Shown here: one piece after another, positions 1 through 8,839 of the stretch | Layout: every line of letters starts with the position of its first letter | How positions within the stretch are numbered: the stretch's first letter is position 1 | NCBI GenBank assembly: GCA_963675515.1 | Contig: OY776328.1 | Span: forward strand, 960,001-992,000 | From: Coprobacillaceae bacterium | GTDB lineage: Bacteria > Bacillota_I > Bacilli_A > Erysipelotrichales > Coprobacillaceae | Direction of reading: 5' to 3' | Length of the DNA stretch: 32,000 bases | Notes under the pieces: generated by a model | What the model saw: only the letters and a program-made list of their open reading frames with translations | The model's database searches: none | What the model was told of the DNA's origin: nothing | Translations under genes and position numbers: made by a program

Positions 1-1060
1 ATCCCGCGATATCGCTAAATCTGATCCATTGGATGCCCAGACAATCGCTTCAATAATCGCATATGAATATGACGTTAAATATGTTCACAAGAACAATATA
101 AATAACGAAAAAGGATATGCAGACTTGAAAGCAGTCGTTCATCGCCATGGCCAGGTAAAGAAAACTTATTCTCAAGAAATTAACCGCCTCATTGCCCAAT
201 GCGAACGTTATTTCCCTGAACTTCAATATGTCTTCGAACCTAAGTCAGCAACATTTCTTGCTATCTTATCTTCATATCCTACGACACATGATATCATAAA
301 TACTTCTAAAATAGAAGTACAAGATATCGCCAAAAAAGCGTCGAAAAACAGGACAAAATCCGATAAGATAGATGAATTGTTTGACCTTTGTAATGACTCG
401 CTTGCTCCAACGGAAGTATCTGATTCGATCAGGTCCATAATCCGCGCCCAAGTTGCCATCATCACCGAAATCAAAAGCCAGATAAAGACTCTTGAGAAGA
501 TGATCAAGGAACTTGGTTCAAACCATAAAATGTTTGAAAAGCTTAAGACACTGACTGGATGTGGCGATGTGACAGCGGCGACCGTAATTGCCGAAACATA
601 CGATATCAAGCTTTTTAAAAGCGCTGATAAGTACGTTTCCTACATGGGTCTCGCCCCTAGAAACAAACGCTCCGGCAGTTCTGTTGAAATCATGGGCAAG
701 ATTTCAAAGAAAGGTTCAAGATATCTCCGTCACGCAATATACATGATTGCGGAATTCGCCAGAAGGCACAATCCGGTCCTCAAGGCCTATTTCCACAAGA
801 TCAAGAATAGGAACAAGAAGCGCCATAAACTGGCCGTCGTGGCAGTCGCCAACAAGGTTGCCCGCTACGTATATTCAATGATGAAGAAGCAAAGCCAATT
901 CGTAATCGATCATGATCATCTCATGCGATTACCGGAAGAAACCCGAAACACGTTCTTCCAAAACATAACAACACAGATACCCCTGAAAACCAGAAGGCAG
1001 ATATACCGTTATAGCGATGAAAACGGAGAAGTCCACAAGTTCATCTATACAACGACATAA
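1..1060 (+). mobile_element. Partial IS110-family insertion sequence. The left part lies outside the window and the right end is undefined, somewhere in 1061-1250.
   Basis: Contains the transposase above. IS110 elements lack classical terminal inverted repeats, so the end cannot be read from a single copy. Confidence 0.6.
2..1060 (+). CDS. IS110-family transposase, N-terminus cut off by the window edge
   Basis: The frame is open from nt 2 (SRDIAKSDPLDAQTIA), so the listed TTG at 29 is internal. K-x-D-x-x-DA is the motif that ends the DEDD catalytic domain of IS110 transposases. The C-terminal part (GCGDVTAATVIAE, YMGLAPRNKRSGSS, GKISKKGSRYLRHAIYM, VAVANKVARYVY) matches the Transposase_20 domain. 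Confidence 0.9.
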   Translation, partial: SRDIAKSDPLDAQTIASIIAYEYDVKYVHKNNINNEKGYADLKAVVHRHGQVKKTYSQEINRLIAQCERYFPELQYVFEPKSATFLAILSSYPTTHDIINTSKIEVQDIAKKASKNRTKSDKIDELFDLCNDSLAPTEVSDSIRSIIRAQVAIITEIKSQIKTLEKMIKELGSNHKMFEKLKTLTGCGDVTAATVIAETYDIKLFKSADKYVSYMGLAPRNKRSGSSVEIMGKISKKGSRYLRHAIYMIAEFARRHNPVLKAYFHKIKNRNKKRHKLAVVAVANKVARYVYSMMKKQSQFVIDHDHLMRLPEETRNTFFQNITTQIPLKTRRQIYRYSDENGEVHKFIYTTT

Positions 1061-1250
1061 GCCTTGACTAACAGGAATGCACAAAATGTAAGAGCTTCCA
1101 GAAAAAAGTGTCTGGCAGGTTGTTTTCAGTGCGCTCAAATTTATCTAAAAACAAGATTTTTAAAGAGGATTCACCTCTAACCCAAGCCAAACGGCTATTA
1201 ATTGTCTAAGAAATAACAACAATGATATTTATCAAGTTACCTATTGACAT

Positions 1251-2255
1251 TTAATAGTTTGTCTCTGCTATTAAGATACAGTCGCTGACTTTCCGCCCGC
1301 CATCAACCGGCTGGTTGACCAGGTCATCGTCAAAACTCATGGAAGAGGATTTTCCGCCATCAAGATTGTAGGCGGCCGTGCAGCCCAAATCTTCAAAAAG
1401 GGCGGACAGCTCGCTCAGGGTCATCCCGGTCGAATAGCCGCTTTGGCGACCGTCGACCAGTACCATGCAGTAGTGCCCCGGTTCATAGTAACCGATTGCG
1501 CTTCGTGGATTGGATGAACTTACATGGGAGTTGGCCGTGAAACTGGTCATGCTATCTCCCGAGTCGTCAAGCAGTTCCGGCCCGAAACACCAGGCCTGCC
1601 AGGCCCCATCGGAAATCGCCTGGTCCACGTCGAATTCGTCGGCCGAATAAGTCACCATGGTTCCATCATAGTACAGGACACATACATCGGATCCGTTGGT
1701 AGTCGAGCGGTACACCTCGCCGTTGCGGATGACAACTCCGCTGCTGCCATTGCCGTAGTAATCGCCGTTCATCGCCAAGACGGCGCTGAACTCTTCATCC
1801 ATATCAAGAAGGTAGTCGGTATAACCGACACCGTAGGTATCGTCGGCAAATCCGCTTTGGAAGCATTCGATATCGGCGATATAGATATCGGCGACATAAT
1901 AGGTGACGATATCGCTGCCCGACCCGGTAGTGTATTTCTCAATGGTGATCGATATGTCGCTCGAACTGTAGGAATTACTCGTGGTGACCACAGTATCCGT
2001 GAAGTATTCTGCGAATTTTTCAGACCAGTCAGCCGAATCGGTGCCGCTTTCGCTGGCCACTTGCGTATCTTCATCCGTTGTTTCGTCGCTTGAGCTGGTG
2101 TCGGCTGTAGCGGTGATGGTTGTCGTTACGTTCTCGCTTTCGAGTTCCCTTGGGATCAGGTAATTGATCCCGTAGAATCCCAGAACGTAAACGGCGATTA
2201 AAACAAGGTCGAGAATCACATATGCAAATTTAGGTATTTTCTTTCTTTTCGACAT
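1251..2255 (-). CDS. Phosphodiester glycosidase family protein (DUF2233/NAGPA-like), membrane anchored
   Basis: N-terminal TM helix (FAYVILDLVLIAVYVLGFYGI), then an acidic Ser/Thr-rich linker. The C-terminal part (AMNGDYYG, VIRNG, AYNLDGGKSSSM, DCILI) is typical of the family. RBS AAAGGA lies 8 nt upstream of the ATG. Confidence 0.8.
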   Translation of the reverse strand: MSKRKKIPKFAYVILDLVLIAVYVLGFYGINYLIPRELESENVTTTITATADTSSSDETTDEDTQVASESGTDSADWSEKFAEYFTDTVVTTSNSYSSSDISITIEKYTTGSGSDIVTYYVADIYIADIECFQSGFADDTYGVGYTDYLLDMDEEFSAVLAMNGDYYGNGSSGVVIRNGEVYRSTTNGSDVCVLYYDGTMVTYSADEFDVDQAISDGAWQAWCFGPELLDDSGDSMTSFTANSHVSSSNPRSAIGYYEPGHYCMVLVDGRQSGYSTGMTLSELSALFEDLGCTAAYNLDGGKSSSMSFDDDLVNQPVDGGRKVSDCILIAETNY

Positions 2256-3322
2256 TCAATGAATCCTTTCGTGGGATAGTCTGGCTGATTGAAAATCACC
2301 AGTTTCTGGACTGTGAAACTGATGATAAAAAGCGTCATTTCGGTGATAAGTTTGGCAATGGCTTTGGATAGCCCCAGATGATCATAAAGCACTGACAAGA
2401 TGATTGTGTTGAGGATCAAAATGGATATTGCCAGAAGGGCGTACTGCAGGGCGCTCTTGTCATGGTCTTTGCAGTATTTGAACACATAGGTCTTGTTGAG
2501 ATGGTAGTTGAAGGCCGCACTTACCAGCCGTGCCGAGATGTTACCCAACACGAGTGCCATTGCATTGCCAAATCCGCCAAGGGTGAAAAGATAGACCAGT
2601 GGAAAGAAGATAATATAGTCAAGCAGGAAGCTGACAAATGAGGAACCGGAAAAGAGAATCAGATTCTTGTAGATCAAAAACGAATCGCGGACGGTCCGGA
2701 AATGGGAACAGGAATTCTGCTTGTCATGATAAATCGTTTCTATGGGCACCTCGAGAATAGGGGTCTTGGCCTTGGCCAGAGTCAACAGGACGTTCATTTC
2801 ATATTCATAACGTTCCCCGTCGATCAACAGGAGCTGGGGAATGAGTCTTTGTTTAAAGGCCCGAAGTCCCGTCTGGGTGTCGCTGACCCACTTGCCTGAG
2901 AAAAGATAAAAGATGTACTTGGTGATGTTGTTGCCAAGACGCGAGCGCAATGGAATCTCGCCGCTGAAGGTGCGGACCCCCAAAGCGAAGCTGCAATCGC
3001 CGGCTTCAAGCTCCATCAGCAGGTTCAAGGCGTCATCGACCTTGTGCTGGCCATCTGCGTCAAGGATGACAACGCCATGGATGTCGAGGTTCTTGCGGTA
3101 AAGGTATTTCAAGGCGGTCTTGATGGCGGCCCCTTTGCCCCGGTTGAGCTGGTGTCGCAACAGGATCGAGACATCACAAATATTGTCGAAGACCTCCTGG
3201 CAGCGTTCATCAGAGCCGTCATCAACGACGACAACCTGGAGGTTTCCTTTTTCGATCAGTTCATATACGAGTTCGACTAGTTTACTGTCCGGATTGTAGG
3301 CCGGGATGATTGCAATATTCAT
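2216..3322 (-). CDS. Family 2 glycosyltransferase fused to a GtrA-like membrane domain
   Basis: GT2 signature IIPAYNP...VVVVDDGSD...ILDADGQH at the N-terminus. The C-terminal half carries four hydrophobic helices of GtrA type (FLLDYIIFFPLVYLF, LVSAAFNYHLNKTYVF). I prefer the ATG at 3322 (MNIAIIPAYN) because AAGGAGA sits 5-6 nt upstream. The ORF-track start at 3346 is a TTG with no RBS. Confidence 0.85.
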   Translation of the reverse strand: MNIAIIPAYNPDSKLVELVYELIEKGNLQVVVVDDGSDERCQEVFDNICDVSILLRHQLNRGKGAAIKTALKYLYRKNLDIHGVVILDADGQHKVDDALNLLMELEAGDCSFALGVRTFSGEIPLRSRLGNNITKYIFYLFSGKWVSDTQTGLRAFKQRLIPQLLLIDGERYEYEMNVLLTLAKAKTPILEVPIETIYHDKQNSCSHFRTVRDSFLIYKNLILFSGSSFVSFLLDYIIFFPLVYLFTLGGFGNAMALVLGNISARLVSAAFNYHLNKTYVFKYCKDHDKSALQYALLAISILILNTIILSVLYDHLGLSKAIAKLITEMTLFIISFTVQKLVIFNQPDYPTKGFIECRKERKYLNLHM

Positions 3323-3476
3323 ATTATTCTCCTTTGATTGCATCAAGAATTGGAAGTTGTATTAATGATTACACTGATGATTATAGGCGGGACACTTTAA
3401 ATTAACTTAAACAAATAGCAACTTTCATACGATAATGATTTTGACCACAATCAAGGGTATTTTCCCATATTCGAAA

Positions 3477-3504
3477 ACAAAAAAAGGAACTGTTCAATGT
3501 TCCT
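3477..3504 (-). terminator. Rho-independent terminator for the HAD gene
   Basis: Stem AGGAAC/GTTCCT (3485-3490 / 3499-3504) with an 8-nt loop, followed on the minus strand by a T-run (A-run 3479-3484 on plus). Confidence 0.55.
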
Positions 3505-3537
3505 CTTTTTGCGTGGAAATATACTTATAATAACTTC

Positions 3538-4200
3538 TTAAATTCTACCTGTTGAATCAATGTATGAAATGACATTATTCAGTGATGTCATTACCTTTGT
3601 GGTCTTCTCAAGATAGTCAGGTCCTGGATATTTTAGATCGGGGATACATATCACTCTTATTTTACCATCATATGCGGCCTGAATACCTGCTTCGCTATCT
3701 TCCAGGACTATGACCTCGCTTGGGTGCAACTCGAGCATTTCGCATGCCCTTAGAAAAATATCAGGATAAGGCTTCCCTCTTTTGACTTCTTTTCCGAAGA
3801 CAATCCCGTCGAAATATTGGATCAAATTGTGTTCATGCAACATTTTCAATGCCCGGTCTTCCAAACTAGAAGTGGCAATGATTGTCTTGAATTTATTGTG
3901 CCGTAAGTATACCAGCAAATCGATGAGTCCATCTTTCATTGGAACACCGAATTTCTCGATATAGAGGTTCTCCAGTTCATGAAACAAATCCATCTTTTCA
4001 TCACAATCGTAATCCAAACCGTACTTGTTCTTGATGAACGCCAAAGAAGTTGTCACTTGTTTTCCAGGGTAGTCTTTAACATAGTCATCCATGGAAAAAT
4101 CGTATCCGTAGCTGTTTACGATATGTTTGTAACATTCATAAGAAATATTTTCAGTGTCCAACATCAAACCATCCATATCAAAAATTACACCTTTTATCAT
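3538..4200 (-). CDS. HAD-IA family hydrolase (beta-phosphoglucomutase-like sugar phosphatase)
   Basis: Motif I VIFDMDGLMLDTE, motif II IATSS, and KPYPDIF / LEDSEAGIQAA motifs III/IV. Confidence 0.85.
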   Translation of the reverse strand: MIKGVIFDMDGLMLDTENISYECYKHIVNSYGYDFSMDDYVKDYPGKQVTTSLAFIKNKYGLDYDCDEKMDLFHELENLYIEKFGVPMKDGLIDLLVYLRHNKFKTIIATSSLEDRALKMLHEHNLIQYFDGIVFGKEVKRGKPYPDIFLRACEMLELHPSEVIVLEDSEAGIQAAYDGKIRVICIPDLKYPGPDYLEKTTKVMTSLNNVISYIDSTGRI

Positions 4201-4546
4201 TTTTGTTCACTCCTTCTTCTACATCCTACTCTGAAATAAAGGTGAAGAAAACAGGTAATGATCATTATAAAATAAATTATCCAAATTTAAGCCATAATGG
4301 TGGTTATGAGTATAAAAATGTAAACATTTAGGCCGATAATCTTTTATTCTAAGTTTTGTGTATTATAATGATGTAGAGGGTAATATGCCCATTATATTAC
4401 ATATTCTAGTCTGTAATTCTAAATTATAGGTTATAGTACGATTTTAAAGCAAAAACATGTTCATATCTTGTACCTGATAAGATAATTGAAGTATTTTAGC
4501 AATCCCTGATGTATTTTTTGATAATGTAATTGTTGAGGAGAGACAT

Positions 4547-5410
4547 ATGATAAACATATTTGTTGCAATGAAACATTTGCAAAACTTGACATCCAGTGAA
4601 AAGACTGTCGCCGACTTCATCTTGGCAAATCCAGAAAACATCACAAATATGTCCGTAAAGGACCTTGCGGTAGCTTGTTATGTTTCGGTGACAATAATCT
4701 ATCGTTTATGCGAAAAGCTGGGCTTGGGAGGATTCTCCGACTTGAAAATAAAAATATCCCAGTCGCTGACCGATTACCTGAAGAATGATGCAAAATTAGA
4801 TTATAATTTCCCGATAAAGGAAAATCAGACCGAATATGAAATATTGACCGGATTAAAGGAGAATTATGAGCAGACACTGCTCAATACGCTCAACCTTATT
4901 GACTTGAAGCAACTTCAAAATGTGGTTTCTAAAATGAAAAAGGCTCGCAACATTACGATATTCACAGCTACCAATAATGTCTTTTTTGCCCAAAGTTTCA
5001 AAATGCAGATGCGTGAAATCGGGGTAGTCGTGGAGGTCCCGGTTGATGAATATGAACAAAGACTACTGGCCACCACAAGCGGAAATGGGGATTTTGCGAT
5101 TATTATATCTTATGGTGGTCGTCTAGTGAATATCGACATGATTGCCGGAATTTTAAATCAGAAAGGTGCAACGATTCTTTTGATATCATCTTGTGACTAC
5201 GGTTTCAAAGATGTCAAACCTGATTACCATTTTTACATGTCATCGTATGAACATCAATACAAAAAGATTTCGGCATTTTCTACTAGATTGTCGTTATTAT
5301 ATATATTGGACTCACTGTATAGCTGTTATTTCGAATTGGATTACAGCAACAACCTGGAAAGGAAGATTTCTTTTTACAAACAAGCATCATATCCCGAAGA
5401 GAAGAAATAA
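4547..5410 (+). CDS. MurR/RpiR family transcriptional regulator (HTH_6 plus SIS domain)
   Basis: N-terminal LTSSEKTVADFILANPENITNMSVKDLAVACYVSVTIIYRLCEKLGLGGFSDLK is the RpiR HTH. The C-terminal half is SIS-like (ITIFTATNNVFFAQSF, AIIISYGG). RBS GAGGAGAG precedes the ATG. Confidence 0.85.
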   Translation: MINIFVAMKHLQNLTSSEKTVADFILANPENITNMSVKDLAVACYVSVTIIYRLCEKLGLGGFSDLKIKISQSLTDYLKNDAKLDYNFPIKENQTEYEILTGLKENYEQTLLNTLNLIDLKQLQNVVSKMKKARNITIFTATNNVFFAQSFKMQMREIGVVVEVPVDEYEQRLLATTSGNGDFAIIISYGGRLVNIDMIAGILNQKGATILLISSCDYGFKDVKPDYHFYMSSYEHQYKKISAFSTRLSLLYILDSLYSCYFELDYSNNLERKISFYKQASYPEEKK

Positions 5411-5606
5411 TATGCTTCATTCGGTTTCTATGCGCCAAAGGAACCACATAATAATAATGCCCTGCTTTTTGAATTGTCATTTTCAGTATGGCACCGCCAT
5501 CCAATGAACTTGATTGATTGAAAACTGTAATGTGCAATTTTTGTAACTTTTTCTTTCGTTTGTTTTATCTTATGTCATTTCATTTCTTAAACTATGATGT
5601 ATGTGT

Positions 5607-5628
5607 AGATAGGAACAAGAACCTATCT
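5607..5628. repeat. Inverted repeat AGATAGG-N8-CCTATCT upstream of the PTS cluster, a possible operator
   Basis: Perfect 7-bp arms at 5607-5613 and 5622-5628, 49 nt upstream of the preferred start of the first gene. No T-run follows, so it is not a terminator. Confidence 0.25.
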
Positions 5629-5676
5629 TAATCAAAAGTCGACGTTTGATTAATTTTGAAAATGAGGAGAAAAAGA

Positions 5677-6945
5677 ATGAATCAAAAAGTTACTATTAGA
5701 GATGCGGTAAATTATGTTATCAATTCAAAAACAGAAAAACATACTTTGCTGGGAATCGGACCAATGTCTGAAAATTTCCTGAGAGCGTCACTGGAAATTT
5801 CCAAGGAAAAAGATTTCCCGTTAATGTACATCGCAAGCCGCAACCAAGTGGATGCATATAAATTTGGTGGAGGTTACGTATTCAACAGTGACCAAAAAGT
5901 ATTCAAAGACAAGATTGAAGAAATCGCAAAAGAAATCAGCTATGACAATGTTTACTATCTATGCCGTGATCATGGTGGTCCTTGGCAGCGTGATAAAGAA
6001 AGAGCTGATCATCTCCCTGAAGATGAAGCGATGTCAATTGCCAAGGAATCATTCAAAGAAGATATTCTAAACGGTTTCGACCTATTGCATATCGATCCGA
6101 CCAAAGATCCGGATGAATACTGCAAGGTAGTTGATATCGATACTGTTTTCAACCGTACCGTTGAACTGATCGAATATTGCGAGCAAGTTAGAAAAGAATA
6201 CAATATCGAAAGAGAAATCGCGTATGAAGTCGGAACTGAAGAGACAAGCGGAGGCTTGACTTCGATGGACAGATATGAGGATTTCATCATCAGAATCGAA
6301 AAATACGTTAAAGAACACAACCTGCCGATGCCAATCTTCATCGTTGGTCAAACTGGTACTCTTACAAGACTTACAAAAAACGTTGGAGATTTCAGTTACG
6401 AAAACTCTATGAAATTAAGCGAAATCTCTACAAAATACGGTGTGGGATTAAAAGAACACAATGGTGATTACTTGAGTGAAGCAAAATTGCTGGCACACTT
6501 GCCATTGAATATCACAGCAATGAACGTTGCCCCTGCTTTTGGTACAATTGAAACAATGGCGCTGCTGGAATTGATTGAAGTTGAAAAACAATTCACGCAA
6601 TTTGGAATGATCAAAGATCCGTCTAAGTTGGATGAAGTGATCCAATATGAGTCGATTCATTCAATGAAATGGAAAAAATGGCTGACTGATGAAGTTGACA
6701 TGTCAGATTTGGATAATTTAAGTCCTGAAACTGTATTGCAAATAACAGAGTTGTGCGGTCACTATACATATTCGACACCCGTGGTGGAAGAACAGATAAA
6801 TAAACTTTACGACAACTTGAAGTCAATAAAAATTGATGGACATAGATTTGTGATTGAAAAATTGAAAGAAGAAATGCAAAAACATGTTCGATGCTTCAAC
6901 ATGGAAGGGTTGACATCTAAGATCATTGCAGCAAAAAAAGGATAG
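5677..6945 (+). CDS. GatZ/KbaZ-family protein (class II tagatose-bisphosphate aldolase non-catalytic subunit-like; possible ketose-phosphate epimerase)
   Basis: Colinear blocks with E. coli GatZ: ASRNQVD..GGGY (TSNQVNQFGGY), CRDHGGPW (GGDHLGPN), LLHIDPT (IHLDAS), YEVGTEE (VIGTEV), EHNGDY (AHSTDY), MNVAPAFG (LKVGPALT). The start is moved to the ATG at 5677 because GAGGAGA sits 6 nt upstream. The track start at 5656 is a TTG. Confidence 0.8.
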   Translation: MNQKVTIRDAVNYVINSKTEKHTLLGIGPMSENFLRASLEISKEKDFPLMYIASRNQVDAYKFGGGYVFNSDQKVFKDKIEEIAKEISYDNVYYLCRDHGGPWQRDKERADHLPEDEAMSIAKESFKEDILNGFDLLHIDPTKDPDEYCKVVDIDTVFNRTVELIEYCEQVRKEYNIEREIAYEVGTEETSGGLTSMDRYEDFIIRIEKYVKEHNLPMPIFIVGQTGTLTRLTKNVGDFSYENSMKLSEISTKYGVGLKEHNGDYLSEAKLLAHLPLNITAMNVAPAFGTIETMALLELIEVEKQFTQFGMIKDPSKLDEVIQYESIHSMKWKKWLTDEVDMSDLDNLSPETVLQITELCGHYTYSTPVVEEQINKLYDNLKSIKIDGHRFVIEKLKEEMQKHVRCFNMEGLTSKIIAAKKG

Positions 6946-6956
6946 GGTGACTTACT

Positions 6957-7418
6957 ATGCTAGGTGAAGCAATAAATAAAGAAATGGTGTTTGTTAATCA
7001 GGAATTGAATACTAAACAAGATATCCTGTCCTTTCTTTCACGCAAAGCCAAAGATCTGGGTCTGGTTGACAATATTGAAGTTTTCTTGGACTCGGTGAAT
7101 CAAAGAGAGGCAATGGCTTCGACTTCTATCGGGTACAAAATCGCAATCCCACATGGGATATGTGAAAGTGTGAACCAGGCATTTATCGGTTTTGTCCAAG
7201 TCAAAGATGAGTTTGCGTGGAACCCTGATGAAGACCAGAAGGTAAAAATAGTATTTCTGATTGGCGTTCCAAAAGATAATAAGAACAATATCCATCTTAA
7301 ATTCATCTCACAGCTAAGCAGAAAACTTATGGATGATGAGTACAGAGAAAAATTAATAGAAACGCTAGACAGAGATTATGCGTTTAAAACGTTAGATGAA
7401 ATTAATAAAAAAGTATAG
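6957..7418 (+). CDS. PTS EIIA component, fructose/mannitol (EIIA-2) type
   Basis: About 150 aa with the phosphorylatable His context IAIPHG and KIVFLIGVP, typical of PTS_EIIA_2. Confidence 0.85.
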   Translation: MLGEAINKEMVFVNQELNTKQDILSFLSRKAKDLGLVDNIEVFLDSVNQREAMASTSIGYKIAIPHGICESVNQAFIGFVQVKDEFAWNPDEDQKVKIVFLIGVPKDNKNNIHLKFISQLSRKLMDDEYREKLIETLDRDYAFKTLDEINKKV

Positions 7419-7430
7419 GAAGAAAGAATA

Positions 7431-7745
7431 ATGAAAATTGTAGCGGTGACCGCATGCCCGACTGGAATTGCCCATACATACATGGCTCAAGAGTCTATCG
7501 AAAAAGAGTGTCGCAACAGAGGTTACGAAGTGAAAGTTGAAACCCAAGGCAGCATGGGTGTTGAAAACGAATTGGAACAAGACGAAGTCGATGAAGCTGA
7601 TGTGGTTATTTTAGCTATTGCCATTGGAATCGACGGTGAGGAACGCTTCGAGAAAAAAGATGAAGCTGGAAAGGTTCTGCACGTTGAACCAGGTGATGTA
7701 ATCAAAAATCCGGCAAAAATCATCGATCAAGCAGAAAAATTATAG
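7431..7745 (+). CDS. PTS EIIB component, fructose family
   Basis: N-terminus MKIVAVTACPTGIAHTYMA carries the active-site Cys loop of fructose-type EIIB. 104 aa. Confidence 0.9.
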   Translation: MKIVAVTACPTGIAHTYMAQESIEKECRNRGYEVKVETQGSMGVENELEQDEVDEADVVILAIAIGIDGEERFEKKDEAGKVLHVEPGDVIKNPAKIIDQAEKL

Positions 7746-7772
7746 ACGAATATAAATTTTAGGAGAGAAATC

Positions 7773-8828
7773 ATGAAAAACAATCAGATTTTTAAAGATA
7801 TTCAAAAAGCTTTCAATACCGGTGTATCTTACATGCTTCCTGCTGTAGTTGTCGGTGGTATTTTCCTGGCAGTTGCTTTGGCAACTGGTACGGCAACCGA
7901 CTCAGGTATGGAAGTAACCAATCCATTCATGAAGAACTTGCTTGATTTGGGGATCGCCGGATTCTCAATGATGATTCCGATTTTGGCAGGTTATATCGCA
8001 TATTCATTGGCTGGTAAACCAGGTATCGCGCCAGCAATGATTTTAGGATACGTCGCCAACAATCCTATTGGAGAATCACAAGTTAAGACAGGGTTCTTGG
8101 GAGCCATGATATTGGGTGTTGCAGCTGGATACTTTGTGCGGTGGTGCAAGACCTGGAAAGTTCCAAATACAATTAAAACGATTATGCCAATCTTGATTGT
8201 CCCTATCATCACCACCTTTGTATTAGGTGTGTTCTATATTTATGTAATCTCAGTGCCAATCGGTGCGGCAATGGATTGGCTTGTTAGCTACTTGAGCGGT
8301 ATGCAAGGTGGAAATGCACTTATCTTGGGAGCCATTATCGGTGCGATGACGGCAATCGACATGGGAGGACCAATTAACAAAACGGCAACAGCATTCACTT
8401 TGGCACTTATGGCAGAAGGAATCTATAGTCCTAATGGGGCTCACCGTATTGCAGTTGCGATTCCGCCTTTGGCTATGGCACTTTCAACATTGATTGACCG
8501 TAAGAAATACAGCGCTGAAGAAAAGGACTTAGGTTTGACTGCTCTATTTATGGGGACTATCGGAATTACCGAAGCGGCGATTCCATTTGCAGTAAAGGAT
8601 ATGAAAAGGGTTTTACCAGCAATCATTATCGGTAGTGCGGTAGGTGGAGCTTTAGGTATGGTCAACGGTGTTGAAGCCTTGGTTCCTCACGGTGGTTTGA
8701 TAATTCTACCGGTTGTAAATGGAAAATTGTGGTATGTGATCTCAATGTTCATTGGTGTATTCGTGTCCGCTGCAATACTGCATTTTACAAAACCGAATTT
8801 GGAAGTTGATAACAAGGAAGAGAAATAG
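7773..8828 (+). CDS. PTS EIIC component, fructose-like family
   Basis: Polytopic membrane protein with MIPILAGYIAYS, GFLGA, and AIDMGGPINKTA, the conserved fructose-EIIC loop. Confidence 0.9.
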   Translation: MKNNQIFKDIQKAFNTGVSYMLPAVVVGGIFLAVALATGTATDSGMEVTNPFMKNLLDLGIAGFSMMIPILAGYIAYSLAGKPGIAPAMILGYVANNPIGESQVKTGFLGAMILGVAAGYFVRWCKTWKVPNTIKTIMPILIVPIITTFVLGVFYIYVISVPIGAAMDWLVSYLSGMQGGNALILGAIIGAMTAIDMGGPINKTATAFTLALMAEGIYSPNGAHRIAVAIPPLAMALSTLIDRKKYSAEEKDLGLTALFMGTIGITEAAIPFAVKDMKRVLPAIIIGSAVGGALGMVNGVEALVPHGGLIILPVVNGKLWYVISMFIGVFVSAAILHFTKPNLEVDNKEEK

Positions 8829-8839
8829 GAGGACCAGGA

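Noticed and set aside
1524-2093. 189-aa plus-strand ORF, and 1769-2074 / 1981-2163, inside the phosphodiester glycosidase gene
   Set aside because: They are alternative frames of a GC-richer gene. The minus-strand product has the family motifs and a proper TM anchor and RBS.
5193-5537. 104-aa (+) and 84-aa (-) ORFs at the end of and after the RpiR gene
   Set aside because: They overlap the RpiR coding frame or lie in its AT-rich 3' flank, and they lack an RBS and motifs.
5656-5676. N-terminal extensions given by the ORF track: 5656, 19868, 26609, 28057, 30850, 24873 (plus strand) and 3346, 15668 (minus strand)
   Set aside because: In every case a downstream ATG is preceded by a good Shine-Dalgarno at 4-10 nt. 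The upstream start is often TTG or GTG and has none. For 19868 the predicted promoter lies downstream of it.
5411-5676. Search for a cre box, a RAT/terminator antitermination module, or a sigma-54 (-24/-12) promoter upstream of the PTS cluster
   Set aside because: There is no match to the cre consensus with the central CG, no hairpin with a T-run, and no TGGCAC-N5-TTGC. The PRD regulator lacks an AAA+ domain, so sigma-54 is not expected. Only the 7-bp inverted repeat at 5607-5628 is reported, at low confidence.
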